In this document: positions 1 to 10,899 of the stretch, one piece after another
How positions within the stretch are numbered: position 1 is the stretch's first letter
Layout: the number at the start of each line of letters is the position of its first letter
Assembly (NCBI RefSeq): GCF_021028975.2
Contig: NC_059427.1
Location: 118,544,001 to 118,608,000 of the forward strand
Reading direction: 5' to 3'
Length of the DNA: 64,000 nucleotides
Source: Sphaerodactylus townsendi
Lineage: Eukaryota
Made by a program: the position numbers and the translations under genes
Notes under the pieces: generated by a model
The model's input: the letters and a program-made list of their open reading frames with translations, nothing else
Databases searched by the model: none
What the model was told of the DNA's origin: nothing

Positions 1-1139
1 GTTTCTTGGGTTCAACCCCCCATTGTATTTCTGAAGCTCCGCCTCCCGTTTCTGGGTTTTTTTAATTTTAAAGTGTTTTTTCGGTTTTCGGCCTGCAGGG
101 GGTGCAGTTTTTAGGTTAGCGGCACCAAAATTTCAGGCTATCGTCAGGTGACACTTCTGATAATACCAGCCAAGTTTGGTGAATTTTGGTTCAGGGTGTC
201 CAAAGTTATGGACCCCCAAAGGGGATGCCCCCATTCCCCATTGTTTCCAATGGGAGCTAATAGTAGACGGGGCTACCCTTTTGAGGGTCCATAACTTTGG
301 ACCCACTGAACCAAACTTCACCAAACCTGGATGGTATCATCGGGAGAGTCTCTTGATAATATCAGCCAGGTTCGGTAAAGTTTGGTTCAGGGCATCCAAA
401 GTTACAAACCCCCAAACGATGTGCCCCATCCCCCATTGTTTCCAATGGGAGCTAATAGTAAATGGGGCTACCCTTTTGAGCGTCCATATCTTTGGACCCC
501 CTGAATCAAACTTCACTAAACCTGGGTGGTATCATCAGGAGAGTCTCCTAAAGATACCGTGACAGTTTGGTGCTGTTAGCTTAACAATATTACCCCTGAC
601 AGAAGGCACCCCCCAAATTTCCCCAGATTCTCTTTTTAAATCCACCCCCTTCGGCATGAATTTAAAGGGAGAATCTTAGGTTCCCAGTTTAAACATTGAA
701 AGTGATGCTGTTTCAGGGTGGGGGAGAATCCATCCCAAAACAGCATCACTTTCAATGTTGTTTTAACTGGGGGGCCCAGATTCTCCCTTTAAGGTGGATT
801 TAAAAGGAGAATTTGGGCTCTCTAGTTTAAACACGACTGAAAGTGATGCTGTTGGGGGTGGATTCCAGCATCACAGCAGCCGCCCATGGGGGGGGAGGGG
901 GTGCAAAACTCAGATTTTACACAGGGGAGGGCAGAAGGGACTGCTGGCTGCCGGCTGGGAGCCCAGTTGGTGGGCGGGGGGCAGCAGAGTCTGCCATCTC
1001 TGGCCTCAGAGAGCTGCTTTAATAAGCACTGCGGCTGGGGCCGGGGCTTGGAGAGGTGTGCTCATGCCCCAGAGGTGGGTGGGGTCATGGCCCTGCCCCC
1101 GAACCCCCCCCCCCTAAAAAATCTATACTTACGCCCCTG
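1..1139. mobile_element. Non-autonomous DNA-transposon-like element (left end outside window) with ~197-bp internal tandem units and internal inverted repeats
   Basis: The unit CCCCATTGTTTCCAATGGGAGCTAATAGTA...GGTATCATC recurs at ~235 and ~430. There is an inverted repeat at ~660-800. The element ends in ...ACGCCCCTG (a CAGGGGCGT-type terminus, hAT-like). ORFs 133-324 and 176-562 are repeat-derived. Confidence 0.6.
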
Positions 1140-1227
1140 GACTTTCTGCATGCCAAGCAGATGCTCCAACACTGAGCTATGACCGCTCCTCAGTGTTGTT
1201 GTGAAGATAAAATGGTGGAAGGAAAAT

Positions 1228-1357
1228 GTATTTGGATGGGAGACCACTGAGAAAGTTTAGGGTTGCTACACAGAGGAAGCCAATGGCAATCTGCCATTGA
1301 AGATCTCTAGCCTTGAAAACTCTATAGCATTGCGATAAGTCAGCTGCAATTTGACAG
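1228..1357 (+). mobile_element. Degenerate 5S-rRNA-derived SINE fragment
   Basis: GTATTTGGATGGGAGACCAC (5S box C-like) followed by the same tail (GCCTTGAAAAC...ATAAGTCAGCTGCAATTTGA) seen at 26546, 41570 and 56496. Confidence 0.6.
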
Positions 1358-1699
1358 AAAAAAAATCACACAAACTTCTACAAAATTTGTATTTTTCAAG
1401 GACACACTTTAATTTCACAAACGTGATATCCACATTATCTAATGTATGCTTTGTTTCAATTTGATTGGTATTAAAGGCATTGCACAAATTTCATTCCTGT
1501 TTTTGAATTCTGCATGGATCAAACGTGTGTGTGTGTTTTTTTAGAGCTAAGTCTCACGGAGTTTAATGGCGCTTGCTCTGCAGCTAGCGCAAAGGACTGT
1601 TGAGCACACTGCTGTCTCAGATCTTTTTTAAAAGCCTGGGCGGTCTTGGCATCCAAGGATAGCTTTATTACACTCATCCCTTCAGAACAAGGCTCTATC

Positions 1700-2460
1700 A
1701 GCCCACTGAATACCTCCCTCAGTCAGCCCTAAAGGCAGTGGCCGCAGCACAGAGCGAACTCGCGCCACTTCAATGCGGCACCTAAGAAATGCGGCCGCTC
1801 CACCTGGCGCCCTTTCAACGAACCGCTCCGTCACGCACACAACGTGCGCGCGCGCCGCACCAGCTCTCTCATTCGTTCTCCCCCCTCTCCGCACTCTTCC
1901 TTGGCAGCCATTTTGAAAGCAATGCTTCCATGTTCCATTCTTGTCACGTCACACCACGCCTTCTAAAATAAACATATCTATATTTTAATAAACCATGAAA
2001 CGCATTTCTAATGTTCCGTGACATCTGAAACGTAACAAATATGCGTGGGGAGGAAATGTGTAAAATAATCCCTTCCGGGGTTTCGTGTAACGGTCTCGGA
2101 ATCCTCAAAATCTACCATTTATATTTTTTTACGAACACTGATGACCGTTCACGGTACTTCTCCGTAAACAACATTCTGTCCCAAATGAAAAATGTTTTTT
2201 TGTTCCGATTGATGTATATTGGGGAGGTATCGTGAACTACTTCCGGGTCAACGGGAGCCATTTTGTGGAGCTTAAGAGGTTGGGGAAGGGCGGTGCCTCG
2301 TTCACTTGCTCGTGGCGGCGGACGGCGAGGATGGCGCTTCTGTGAGTCTCGGCTGCGTTCTTTAAAACACATCTGGCAACGGATCAGCGACTCTCAAGCA
2401 CCCGATTGTACATTTTTATTTCTCAATTCCGCTTTCCTCCCCCTTATTTCGGGCCCCGGG
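1700..2460. promoter_or_regulatory. CpG-rich bidirectional promoter / 5' region of SRSF2 (+) and probably MFSD11 (-)
   Basis: CpG-rich. ETS motif ACTTCCGG 2239-2246 lies next to YY1 motif GCCATTTT 2257-2264. A second YY1 motif CAGCCATTTTG is at 1905-1915. MFSD11 is head-to-head with SRSF2 in other vertebrates. Confidence 0.7.
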
Positions 2461-2822
2461 ATGAGTTACGGGCGGCCGCCGCCTGACGTAGAAGGCATGA
2501 CCTCGCTGAAGGTGGACAACTTGACTTACCGCACCTCCCCGGACACCCTGCGCCGCGTCTTCGAGAAATACGGTCGCGTGGGGGACGTCTACATCCCCCG
2601 AGATCGCTACACCAAGGAGAGCCGCGGCTTCGCCTTCGTGCGTTTCCATGACAAGCGCGACGCCGAGGACGCCATGGATGCCATGGACGGGGCCGTTCTC
2701 GACGGGCGGGAACTCCGCGTGCAGATGGCCCGCTACGGGAGACCCCCGGACTCCCACCACAGCCGGCGCGGGCCCCCTCCGCGGCGCTACGGAAGCGGGG
2801 GCTACGGACGTCGCAGCAGGAG
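2461..2822 (+). CDS. SRSF2: Serine/arginine-rich splicing factor 2 (SC35), coding exon 1 (RRM)
   Basis: ATG 2461, [25 protein letters not shown]...RGFAFVRF...[13 protein letters not shown] (P95 present). Donor AG|GTGAGG at 2822/2823. 362 nt. Confidence 0.99.
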
Positions 2823-3178
2823 GTGAGGGAGATCCCGGAGGGGGCAGTTGCAGGAATCTCACCTGGAGCGGAAATCGTGCGGGGGAGGGGGGGTTGGCAT
2901 GAATGAAAGAGGCATTAAAGCGCTTTTAGCGGCCTGGAGGAGACGACTGCCCAGTAATGGTTGCTTCGAAAGGGAGGCCCAACGGCGGGAAGTTGAGAAG
3001 GCCTAGACTTCAGGGGAGGGCGGCGGGAAAGTAATTGGGCCACGTGATGTAGGAGAGGAAGGGACAGAACGCGCTGCCGACCGCTTCGCACTTTGTAGCA
3101 CCTTGATTGAATCTCCGGAGAACAATTTGGTTTATTTTTTATTTCAACCCCCCCCTTTCCCCCCCCCCTTCTATGCAG

Positions 3179-3482
3179 CCCCAGAAGACGGCGCCGGAGC
3201 CGATCCCGAAGTAGAAGCCGATCCAGATCCCGCAGCAGGTCACGCTACAGTCGCTCCAAGTCCAGATCCCGCACACGATCCCGGTCTCGTTCCACCTCCA
3301 AGTCCAGGTCTGCCAGGAGGTCGAAGTCCAAGTCCTCATCGGTGTCGAGATCTCGTTCGCGGTCGAGATCCCGATCGAGATCAAGAAGTCCCCCTCCTGT
3401 CTCAAAGAGGGAATCAAAGTCCAGATCCCGTTCAAAGAGCCCCCCTAAGTCTCCAGAAGAGGAAGGAGCTGTGTCATCCTAG
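3179..3482 (+). CDS. SRSF2: SRSF2 coding exon 2 (RS domain)
   Basis: Pyrimidine tract + TGCAG acceptor at 3178. [12 protein letters not shown]...[17 protein letters not shown] 3480-3482. Total 666 nt = 221 aa. 3'UTR donor ATG|GTAACG at 3489/3490. Confidence 0.99.
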
Positions 3483-3792
3483 GAAAATGGTAACGTAGTT
3501 GATGATCTACTATATTTGCATGCATTCCTGTACTAGGTTAAGTAGGTATTGCGTTCTCCATATAGTATCCTAGAACAAGTAAATGGGGCACTTGGTTAAC
3601 TTCTCAAGAGGGCTTCAGTTTGTGGCTGCTAAAATAATTTTCCAAAGGAACTTGTGCCAAGAATATCTTTTGTGTGTTGTTTTTTTTACAATTAATAGCT
3701 TGCTATTGAATAACTGTTTGAGACACAACCTATTTCTGAAAATGACTATTTCTTACTGTTCTTATCCAACATCTGCATTTTCCCCTTTAAAG

Positions 3793-3896
3793 CTGCGGTC
3801 TCCTGTTTGCTTAAAGAATATTGGCCAGTATTGCAGATTTTAACTGATTTGGCTGATCCTCCAGGGACCAGTTTCTGTGGGCGTATATTGGAGCAG
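3793..3896 (+). promoter_or_regulatory. SRSF2: SRSF2 104-nt 3'UTR poison (NMD) cassette exon
   Basis: Acceptor TTTTCCCCTTTAAAG|CTGCGG and donor GGAGCAG|GTTTGT give exactly 104 nt, the size of the known SC35 autoregulatory exon. Confidence 0.9.
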
Positions 3897-4903
3897 GTTT
3901 GTCTTTAAACGTTAAAGATACACTATCCTGTTAATAAAGTCCTGTGGTTCCGATGTTCAACAGCAACAAATAGTATGGAAGTCGAAATGCAAGCGATTAT
4001 GGAAGCCAGTATCTTCTCTGGTACAATTGTGGGCTTTTAAGGATATACTGGGTGGGAAAATGGATAGTGTGTCTTTAACCTCAAATTGTTTGGTCCTGTT
4101 TTTTCAAAGGAAGGGGGCCTAGAATTCTTAAAGATTGCGCAGCTACTAAGAACTCTGGAAAGTATTGAATAAAAGCTAATGCGTAATCTAATCTATATTG
4201 GGATGGATTCAAGTTAAGGGTGGTTTGATCATAGCCTGACATGGTGGGAGGTGGGACGTCCACAATTCCTATAAATTCTGGTGAAAATAGACAGGGCCAG
4301 GACTGCTAGGTATCTTAAAGCAGCCATAAAGTATTGAAGACATGCAAGGTATACCCTGGCTGAACTGTTCCCTTTTCAAATCTAGATGCATCAATGAAAA
4401 ATCTACATAAAGGATACCTTTGGAGGAGACATGATCGTAAGAGTCACCAGTCCAATGGAGAGACCCTTGGCACAAGCAACCAGCCATTGAAAAGGTTATT
4501 TTGTAACTCTTTGTCTAACTTTTTTCTTTACTTTGAGCCTCAGATGGCAGACTTTTACTTTTATGTGCCATTTTGTTGCTATTATTCAAATTTCTTGTAA
4601 TTTAGTGAAGTGAGCGACTACAGATTTCATTATTGGCTTGGATATTTGAGGTAAAACTTCATTTTTGTTCATATAGTGCTGACTTGTTTGCAAACAATTT
4701 GGTAATTAACTTGCTGCCTCAAGTTTTTAATATTAAGCAACCATGCAGCTATAATATGCTGATTAACTTAATGCTGTCCACATGTTCAATTTCTGCCTTT
4801 TTTCTAATTCTGAAATTTAAATTCAAATGCTTTTTGCAAATTCAGTTGAAATAGTGTCTTCAAGTCAAACATTAAACTTTACAGGTTTTTTTTTAAAGAC
4901 TTG

Positions 4904-5194
4904 NNNNNNNNNNNNNNNNNNNNNNNNNNNNNNNNNNNNNNNNNNNNNNNNNNNNNNNNNNNNNNNNNNNNNNNNNNNNNNNNNNNNNNNNNNNNNNNNN
5001 NNNNNNNNNNNNNNNNNNNNNNNNNNNNNNNNNNNNNNNNNNNNNNNNNNNNNNNNNNNNNNNNNNNNNNNNNNNNNNNNNNNNNNNNNNNNNNNNNNNN
5101 NNNNNNNNNNNNNNNNNNNNNNNNNNNNNNNNNNNNNNNNNNNNNNNNNNNNNNNNNNNNNNNNNNNNNNNNNNNNNNNNNNNNNNNNNNNNNN
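4904..5194. other. Assembly gap (291 N)
   Basis: Run of N. Confidence 1.
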
Positions 5195-5341
5195 TTATTT
5201 TTTCCAGAATGGTAAATTAGACCATCTGCATATGTGAACTTGCATATAAAAATGTAATGCTAAAGCATTTGATCCATTCCTCTGTAAGTACCAGTTTGGT
5301 GTATCTTAAAACATTCTGTACTATAACCACTGTCTGTAGTT

Positions 5342-5347
5342 AATAAA
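5342..5347 (+). terminator. SRSF2 polyadenylation signal
   Basis: AATAAA followed by a GT/T-rich downstream stretch (GGTGTTGAGTTTTT). Confidence 0.8.
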
Positions 5348-5670
5348 ACATTTTCCTGGTGTTGAGTTTTTGAACTTCAGTGTCCTGCATTAACTTTCTG
5401 GGAGCAGTGTCTTGGTTTCCACGTCAGATAAACATTATCCATATGCATATTATCTTGCTTCTTTTGACTACAAAGTGCAAGCCAATCACAGTAATCCAAC
5501 CACTTAGTTATGCTTCTTGGTCACTAACTAAAGATTAAAATTGGAAAATTAAGACTTCTAAACTGAGTAAATATACTTTGTTCACAGATTTCACATTATA
5601 GTACGGCAAGACAGACCCCTCAAATTTCAGGGGATCTTCAATTGTGAAAGAGAAAATGTGAACAATACTA

Positions 5671-6603
5671 TCGTATATACTCATGTATAATTCGACCCGC
5701 ATATAAGTCGAGGCACCTAATTTTACCACAAAAAAACTGGGAAAACTTATTGACTCACGTATAAGTCGAGGGTGGAAAATGCAGCAGCTACTGGTAAATT
5801 TCAAAAATAAAAATAGATACCAATAACATTACATTAATTGAGGCATCAGTAGGTTAAATGTTTTTGAATATTTATTTTAAAGAAAAACAGTAAACTAGCT
5901 CTGTAAGTGGAAAAGAGGGTCAACAAAAACAATATGGTAGCAACAATAACTTTAGAAGTACAAAAACCTTAGCTCAACCAGCAACCAAGCTAAAATACAA
6001 GAGTTAAAATCCTTCAAAACTGGATTTTTGATCAGGGGAGGAATGTTTGTGTTAGCAGTACCAACATTTTTAGTATCTTTAGGAGACCCTCCTGATGATA
6101 CCACCCAGGTTTGATGAAGTTTGGTTCAGGGAGTCCAAAGTTACGGACCCTCAAAAGGGTATCCCCATCTATTAGCTCCCATTGGAAACATTGGGTATGG
6201 GGGCACCCCCTCAACCAAACATCACCAAACCTGGCTGGTATCAGCAAGAGATTATCCTGATGATACCACCCAGGTTTGGTGAAGTTTGGTTCAAGGGGTC
6301 CAAAGTTATGGACCCTCAAAATGTAGCCCCATCTACTGTTAGCTCCCATTGGAAACAATGGGGGCACCCCCTTTGGGGGTCCATAACTTTGGACCCCCTG
6401 AACCAAACTTGGGTGGTATCATCAGGAGAGTCTTGAAAAATTTCTGAAATTTTGGTGCCGCTAGGCTAGCCGAAAAAACTGCGCCCCCTGGCGGCAAACA
6501 GAGTAAAAACCCTAACATATTGTTTAAAATACACCTGACTGGGGGGGCTTTTTCAGCACAAAAAATGTGCTGAAAAATTCAACTTACATGCAAGCATATA
6601 CGG
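5671..6603. mobile_element. Tc1/mariner (Tc2-like) non-autonomous DNA transposon, copy 1
   Basis: Terminal inverted repeats (T/C)CGTATATACTC...TATAA / ...ATATACGG, flanked by TA. Near-identical to 34772-35564. Confidence 0.85.
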
Positions 6604-6713
6604 TACTTCATACTTAGGCCCTACTCATTAACAAACATTGGTGAGGTAGTTTTAATGTGAGCATTTTAACAAAGCAGTCATTAAGCATACTTTTCCCAAG
6701 AAATAAATGACAT

Positions 6714-6719
6714 TTTATT
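6714..6719 (-). terminator. METTL23 polyadenylation signal
   Basis: The minus strand reads TGA AA AATAAA, followed by T-rich sequence. Confidence 0.65.
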
Positions 6720-6721
6720 TT

Positions 6722-6899
6722 TCAAGGTGTTACAGTGTGAGGCATAGTTACTTTAGTGATAACCATCATTTCAATTGTGTGTCTTCCTGGAAGATGAGAG
6801 TGTGCAAGTTGTTCCTTGTTGGCTTCAAAAGACTGTAGGGGCACATATATGCTTTCCATTTCCCATTTGAGGAGTAATCCTTGGATGGACCAATCAGCA
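6722..6899 (-). CDS. METTL23: METTL23 last coding exon
   Basis: Acceptor TGTCTTTTCAG|T. (S)ADWSIQGLLLKWEMESIYVPLQSFEANKEQLAHSHLPGRHTIEMMVITKVTMPHTVTP, TGA at 6724-6722. Confidence 0.95.
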
Positions 6900-7348
6900 C
6901 TGAAAAGACAATCATTCTTAGCAATGGAATACTAATGGGTGGCAGGGAAGGGGAGGGAGTGAGGGGTGGCATGCAAGGGAGGGGAGGGAGGAGTTTCTCC
7001 TTTCTATCATTCAAAATTCGTTTCTCCTTTCTGTCAATCAAAATTTAGCTGAAGGTAAGCAATCCTCTGCTTTTAGGCTGGCATCTAAAAGATGAAATTC
7101 TAGAACCATGTCTCTGTTAGTCTGAGCAAAAAAGCAGCCTTGCAGTATCAGAAATATGGGGGGAAAGTTTGACAGATTTACCCTAGAAGGAATGGCTTAA
7201 TGGCAAGTTGAATGCATGGCATACGTAAGGTTCCATATTCAATCCTGAGCTACAAGTCAGGGGAACATTAAGTGTTAGGGAGCTTCATGTGTGTTCATGT
7301 GACTGAAACAAATTTCAATCAAAAGTGTGAATGTTGGCTTAACGGTAC

Positions 7349-7433
7349 CTTCTAACTTGATAAGTAGTCCAAAACTGTGTGTGTGTATTCTTCTCCATTA
7401 GGTAGTGTACGGTACTTATCACGTCTTCAAAGT
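7349..7433 (-). CDS. METTL23: METTL23 coding exon 4
   Basis: ATTTTAG|AC...AGAAG|GTACC. 85 nt. (D)FEDVISTVHYLMEKNTHTQFWTTYQVR. Confidence 0.95.
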
Positions 7434-7565
7434 CTAAAATGCAAATTCAGATTAAATTTTTATTGCAATCAGTAAAAATCTGAGCTGCAATGTTCATGCA
7501 AATAATACCTTTCTACATATTTAGTATACACAACTTTTTAGAGTTTTAGCCTGTGCCATTTTTTT

Positions 7566-7697
7566 GCTGTCAAGTCACAGCTGACTTATGTTGATCCCAT
7601 GGGGTTTTCTAGGCAAGAGATGTTCAGAAGTGGTTCACCATTGTATAGCAACCAAGGTATTGGTCTCCCATCCAAATGTGCCATGCTTAAGGCTGAG
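7566..7697 (-). mobile_element. 5S-derived SINE fragment
   Basis: Reverse complement of the SINE tail (CAAGTCACAGCTGACTTATG...GCAAGAGA) plus GGTCTCCCATCCAAAT. Confidence 0.65.
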
Positions 7698-8092
7698 AGC
7701 GTGACTGGACTTCCCAGATCCTAACCCAAAACCAACCACTTGAAAAGCAGAAACAACATATGCAGACCTTGCAAACCATGAAGCTTCCTGAGAATGAAGC
7801 TGTGTTGAAGAGATATTTAGCACAGCACCCCCTTCAGCCTAAAAATAGATTGCCATGGCTTGGGAAGCCTGGTTCAGTCACTGTACTAAATTCTACAGCC
7901 ACTTCTGTGTTAGTTTATCCAAGATCAATTAAAATGTATAATTTACATTTTACTCCTTTCAGATTATTGCCTTTCAAAACAATGCTATTTTGCTCACATT
8001 GGAAAGGAAGGGGACATATTTTCTATTACATCCATGAAATACACACAGTAGTAGATAAACATGAGCCCAATCAGTTCCAACTGCAACTATAC

Positions 8093-8330
8093 CTTCTGGT
8101 TCAAAAAACACGTCTGATGCCAAAATGATGTCTACTGGAGGCAAGGCCAACAGGGCAGGTGATATCTGACCCCAGGTGATTCCTGTTACAAATACCCCAG
8201 AGAGATTATTCATCTCACAGCTCCGACGACAGTTGGCCAGACACTGAGGAAGTGCTGCGTTATCTGACAGCGTAACTTCAGCTCCACATTTTGCTGCCAG
8301 TATTCCAGGAAGACTCACGCCCGCTCCAAG
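8093..8330 (-). CDS. METTL23: METTL23 coding exon 3 (SAM-binding motif I region)
   Basis: TGTTTAG|CTT...GAAG|GTATA. 238 nt. LGAGVSLPGILAAKCGAEVTLSD...LLALPPVDIILASDVFFEPE. Confidence 0.97.
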
Positions 8331-9653
8331 CTAAACAGGATAAAATTATTTTTAGCACACCATCTGAAATTTGTCAAATTAAACCAAAGCATACCAAATT
8401 GACTTTATAATACATTCATTTTTCTCTGGAGAACAAGTACAGTTGATTAGCAGTTCACTCATGGCACATTAATGAAAGATCCATTGCATACCAGTTTTCA
8501 AGTCCTTCAGCACAGAACACCTTTTAAAAAATTGTTGTTCAATTCACAATGACTACACACAATTGAGAAATTAACTATGGACAGATCTCTACTTTGTTGC
8601 AAACAACGTTTACGTATAGTTCTGCAGGAAGATAACAGTAGGAAATAAGTTTGCATGGGACATGTTCACACATTTATGATGCTCTCAAAAACACATCTAA
8701 AGTAGCTTAGCATTTATTAACTGAATTAAGAAAATCAGAATTATAAAATAACACGGTGATAAAATCACAACAAAGTAATACTCCAGCAATAGATAACAAC
8801 AGAGCAAGAGAAACAAGGCAGGAGAATTTAACAAAAGGTTTGGGGAAATTTATCTTTTCCTGGTACACAAGTCAAATTTAATACCAAGCTAGTCTCTGCA
8901 TACAGTTCCAAAGCTAGAGAAAAAGGCCTTTCCGTAGTGCTCATACACCTAAAGGTAGAGGGCACACTGATCAGGACCTCAGAAATTGATCTGTATCAAG
9001 TAGAGGCACACTGACCTGTAGGTCATGCAGAACTCTAGTTTGCCTACTGCCTTCATGGTAGGATAGGGTTTATGTTCCTGCTTTTGAAATACAGGACGGC
9101 AGAATGACCTCTAGGTTCCAGCTCTGAGATTCTCTGTTGATTATCCAAAGTGCTAGTCATGCAAAATAAAGATCTATCCCCTAGTTACCAGCTTGATCTT
9201 AAGTGCAGTTTCACTACAAGTTGCTATGAGCAATTCCAAGCAAACACTAGGGGCCCAATCCAGATTTGGGGGGAGGGATGAAATGGCTTGTGGGAATGGC
9301 AGAGGCCTACACCAGTACATCTTCCCACCCCAGATCCTACACCAGCAGAGAAAGTAAAGATGCTAGTGTGCGGGCACCAAATAGCCCTGCAGCAGCCGAC
9401 CCCAGGGTTTTAACCCATGGCCACAGACTTACACCACTGGAAAGTGTGGAGTAAGGCTTTTGTTGTAATGGGGCTTTTCGGGTGGCAGGAAGGTTTTCAA
9501 TTTCCCTTCTTTCCATGCTGCCCAAAGCCCTTTTGGAAGTGGCATGGTGTCACTTTCACCACGCCGTCCCCAGCCCCATCTGGATTGAGCTGTATGTCAT
9601 CAGGTCAATATTTTAAAACAAAAAGCTTTTAGGTAAATTTCAAAAGTCCATAC

Positions 9654-9758
9654 CTCCAAAATTCTCTTATCGCGGACTAATCTTCTATGAAACCATACAT
9701 ACTGGGCCAAAACCACTGCACAAGGCCAAACATACATTCCATACTGAGGATCAAGAAC
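9654..9758 (-). CDS. METTL23: METTL23 coding exon 2
   Basis: TTCTTCAG|GTT...TTGGAG|GTATG. 105 nt. VLDPQYGMYVWPCAVVLAQYVWFHRRLVRDKRILE. Confidence 0.97.
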
Positions 9759-9813
9759 CTGAAGAAGGAAATGCTTTCTTTAAAAACATGACAGTGGTTA
9801 AAAATGTATGAAC

Positions 9814-10880
9814 CAGGGTGGATTATTTAATTGAAATCAATTTAAATCATGATTAAAACAGTAGTCAGTAAGACTTGATTGAAATCATAGTTTTCTACAT
9901 AAAGACTCATTCTTGCTGATATAATCTTAATGTTTTCAACCAGATGAAGGTTTTGTTTTTAGAATAATAACTTTTTTGATTAGTTTTACAGATATAAAAA
10001 AATTACTGGTTTTGTTGTACTAATAGAAATACATACAGTGGAACCTTGGTTTTCGTTGGTAATCTGTCTGGATTACCTCGGCGAAAACCGAAACCAATGA
10101 AAACCAAGGCTCCCATTGGCAAGCAATGGAGCCTGCATGGGTCGCCGGTTTTCGGTGCGGATTTAGCGCACGTGTGCAGATGAAAACAGGCAAAAACAGA
10201 GGCAACCAATGAAAACCAATGTCAACAATAACCAAGGTTCCACTGTAAATAGGTCACTATGAAATTATTGCAAGGTGAACTATCTCAAGTTTCATTTAGG
10301 AAACCAGACCTTGCATGTCTTTGTTGCAGTGTTCGCATTTTGCATGCATGCATGCCTACCTTACCTTTTCAGGTTAGAGGACCTTCATTAAAATATTCCC
10401 AAACTGGCCCTCTTTTACAGCCTGCTGCCATTATTGATTTCCTCTTCCAGGGAGAGAATAATATGATAAACCTTAGGCTACACACATCAAGAACTTGTGG
10501 AGTTTTCTGCTCAAAAGATTTCACTTTCATTTCTCCTGCTTGCCGCTCCTCATACTTAGCTCCTTGAGCAGATCTATCCCATTCCAAACAATCTTCTATT
10601 CATTAAACTTCTCGAAATGTAGCACTTAAGAGGTAAGGGGTTAATTCTGTGTATATAAATTTGCAAAGGAACAATGGGATTAAAGTATTTTTCTCAACTC
10701 TGTAAATTTATAACATTTTTGCTATGAGGAAAAGGCACGTCACCTCTGCAAACACAAACTCATAATTTTAAGAAGACCAAGTATCTGTGATAATATCTTC
10801 TATATTTGCTTAAAATAAATCTCTGGAAGAGCATGACACTGTGAATGGATTAATGGGATTCATTTACAAAAAAAATAAAC
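9814..10880 (-). mobile_element. Fossil hAT DNA transposon with remnant BED-finger transposase N-terminus
   Basis: Terminus CAGGGTGGATT with ATTTAAATC subterminal repeats. The minus strand at 10431-10290 reads MAAGCKRGPVWEYFNE..GKVGMHA(frameshift)KCEHCNKDMQGLVS*MK (W-x-Y-F plus CxxC). The right boundary is approximate. Confidence 0.7.
10036..10245. mobile_element. Tigger/pogo-type MITE nested in the hAT fossil
   Basis: TIR CAGTGGAACCTTGGTT...AACCAAGGTTCCACTG with TA on both sides. Confidence 0.85.
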
Positions 10881-10899
10881 ATGACTACCAATCTATCTA

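Larger units (their letters stand above)
4386..5370 (+). other. SRSF2: SRSF2 terminal 3'UTR exon
   Basis: Acceptor CCCTTTTCAAATCTAG|ATG at 4385/4386. The U-rich UTR resembles the mammalian SRSF2 UTR as recalled (GAAAAGGTTATTTTGTAAC...). AATAAA at 5342. Confidence 0.75.

Noticed and set aside
133-562. ORFs with repeated NFGPxEPNFTKPGWY motifs (also 6032-6436 and 35052-35520)
   Set aside because: They are translations of a transposon-internal tandem/inverted repeat and are open on both strands, with no gene structure.
2263-2460. 66-codon N-terminal extension of SRSF2 in the ORF track
   Set aside because: It starts at a non-ATG codon with no similarity to SRSF2. The canonical start is ATG 2461.
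2823-3178. MIR636-like microRNA in SRSF2 intron 1
   Set aside because: It is annotated in human only as far as I recall, and no convincing hairpin is seen here.
4827-5237. ORFs spanning the N run
   Set aside because: Artefact of the assembly gap.
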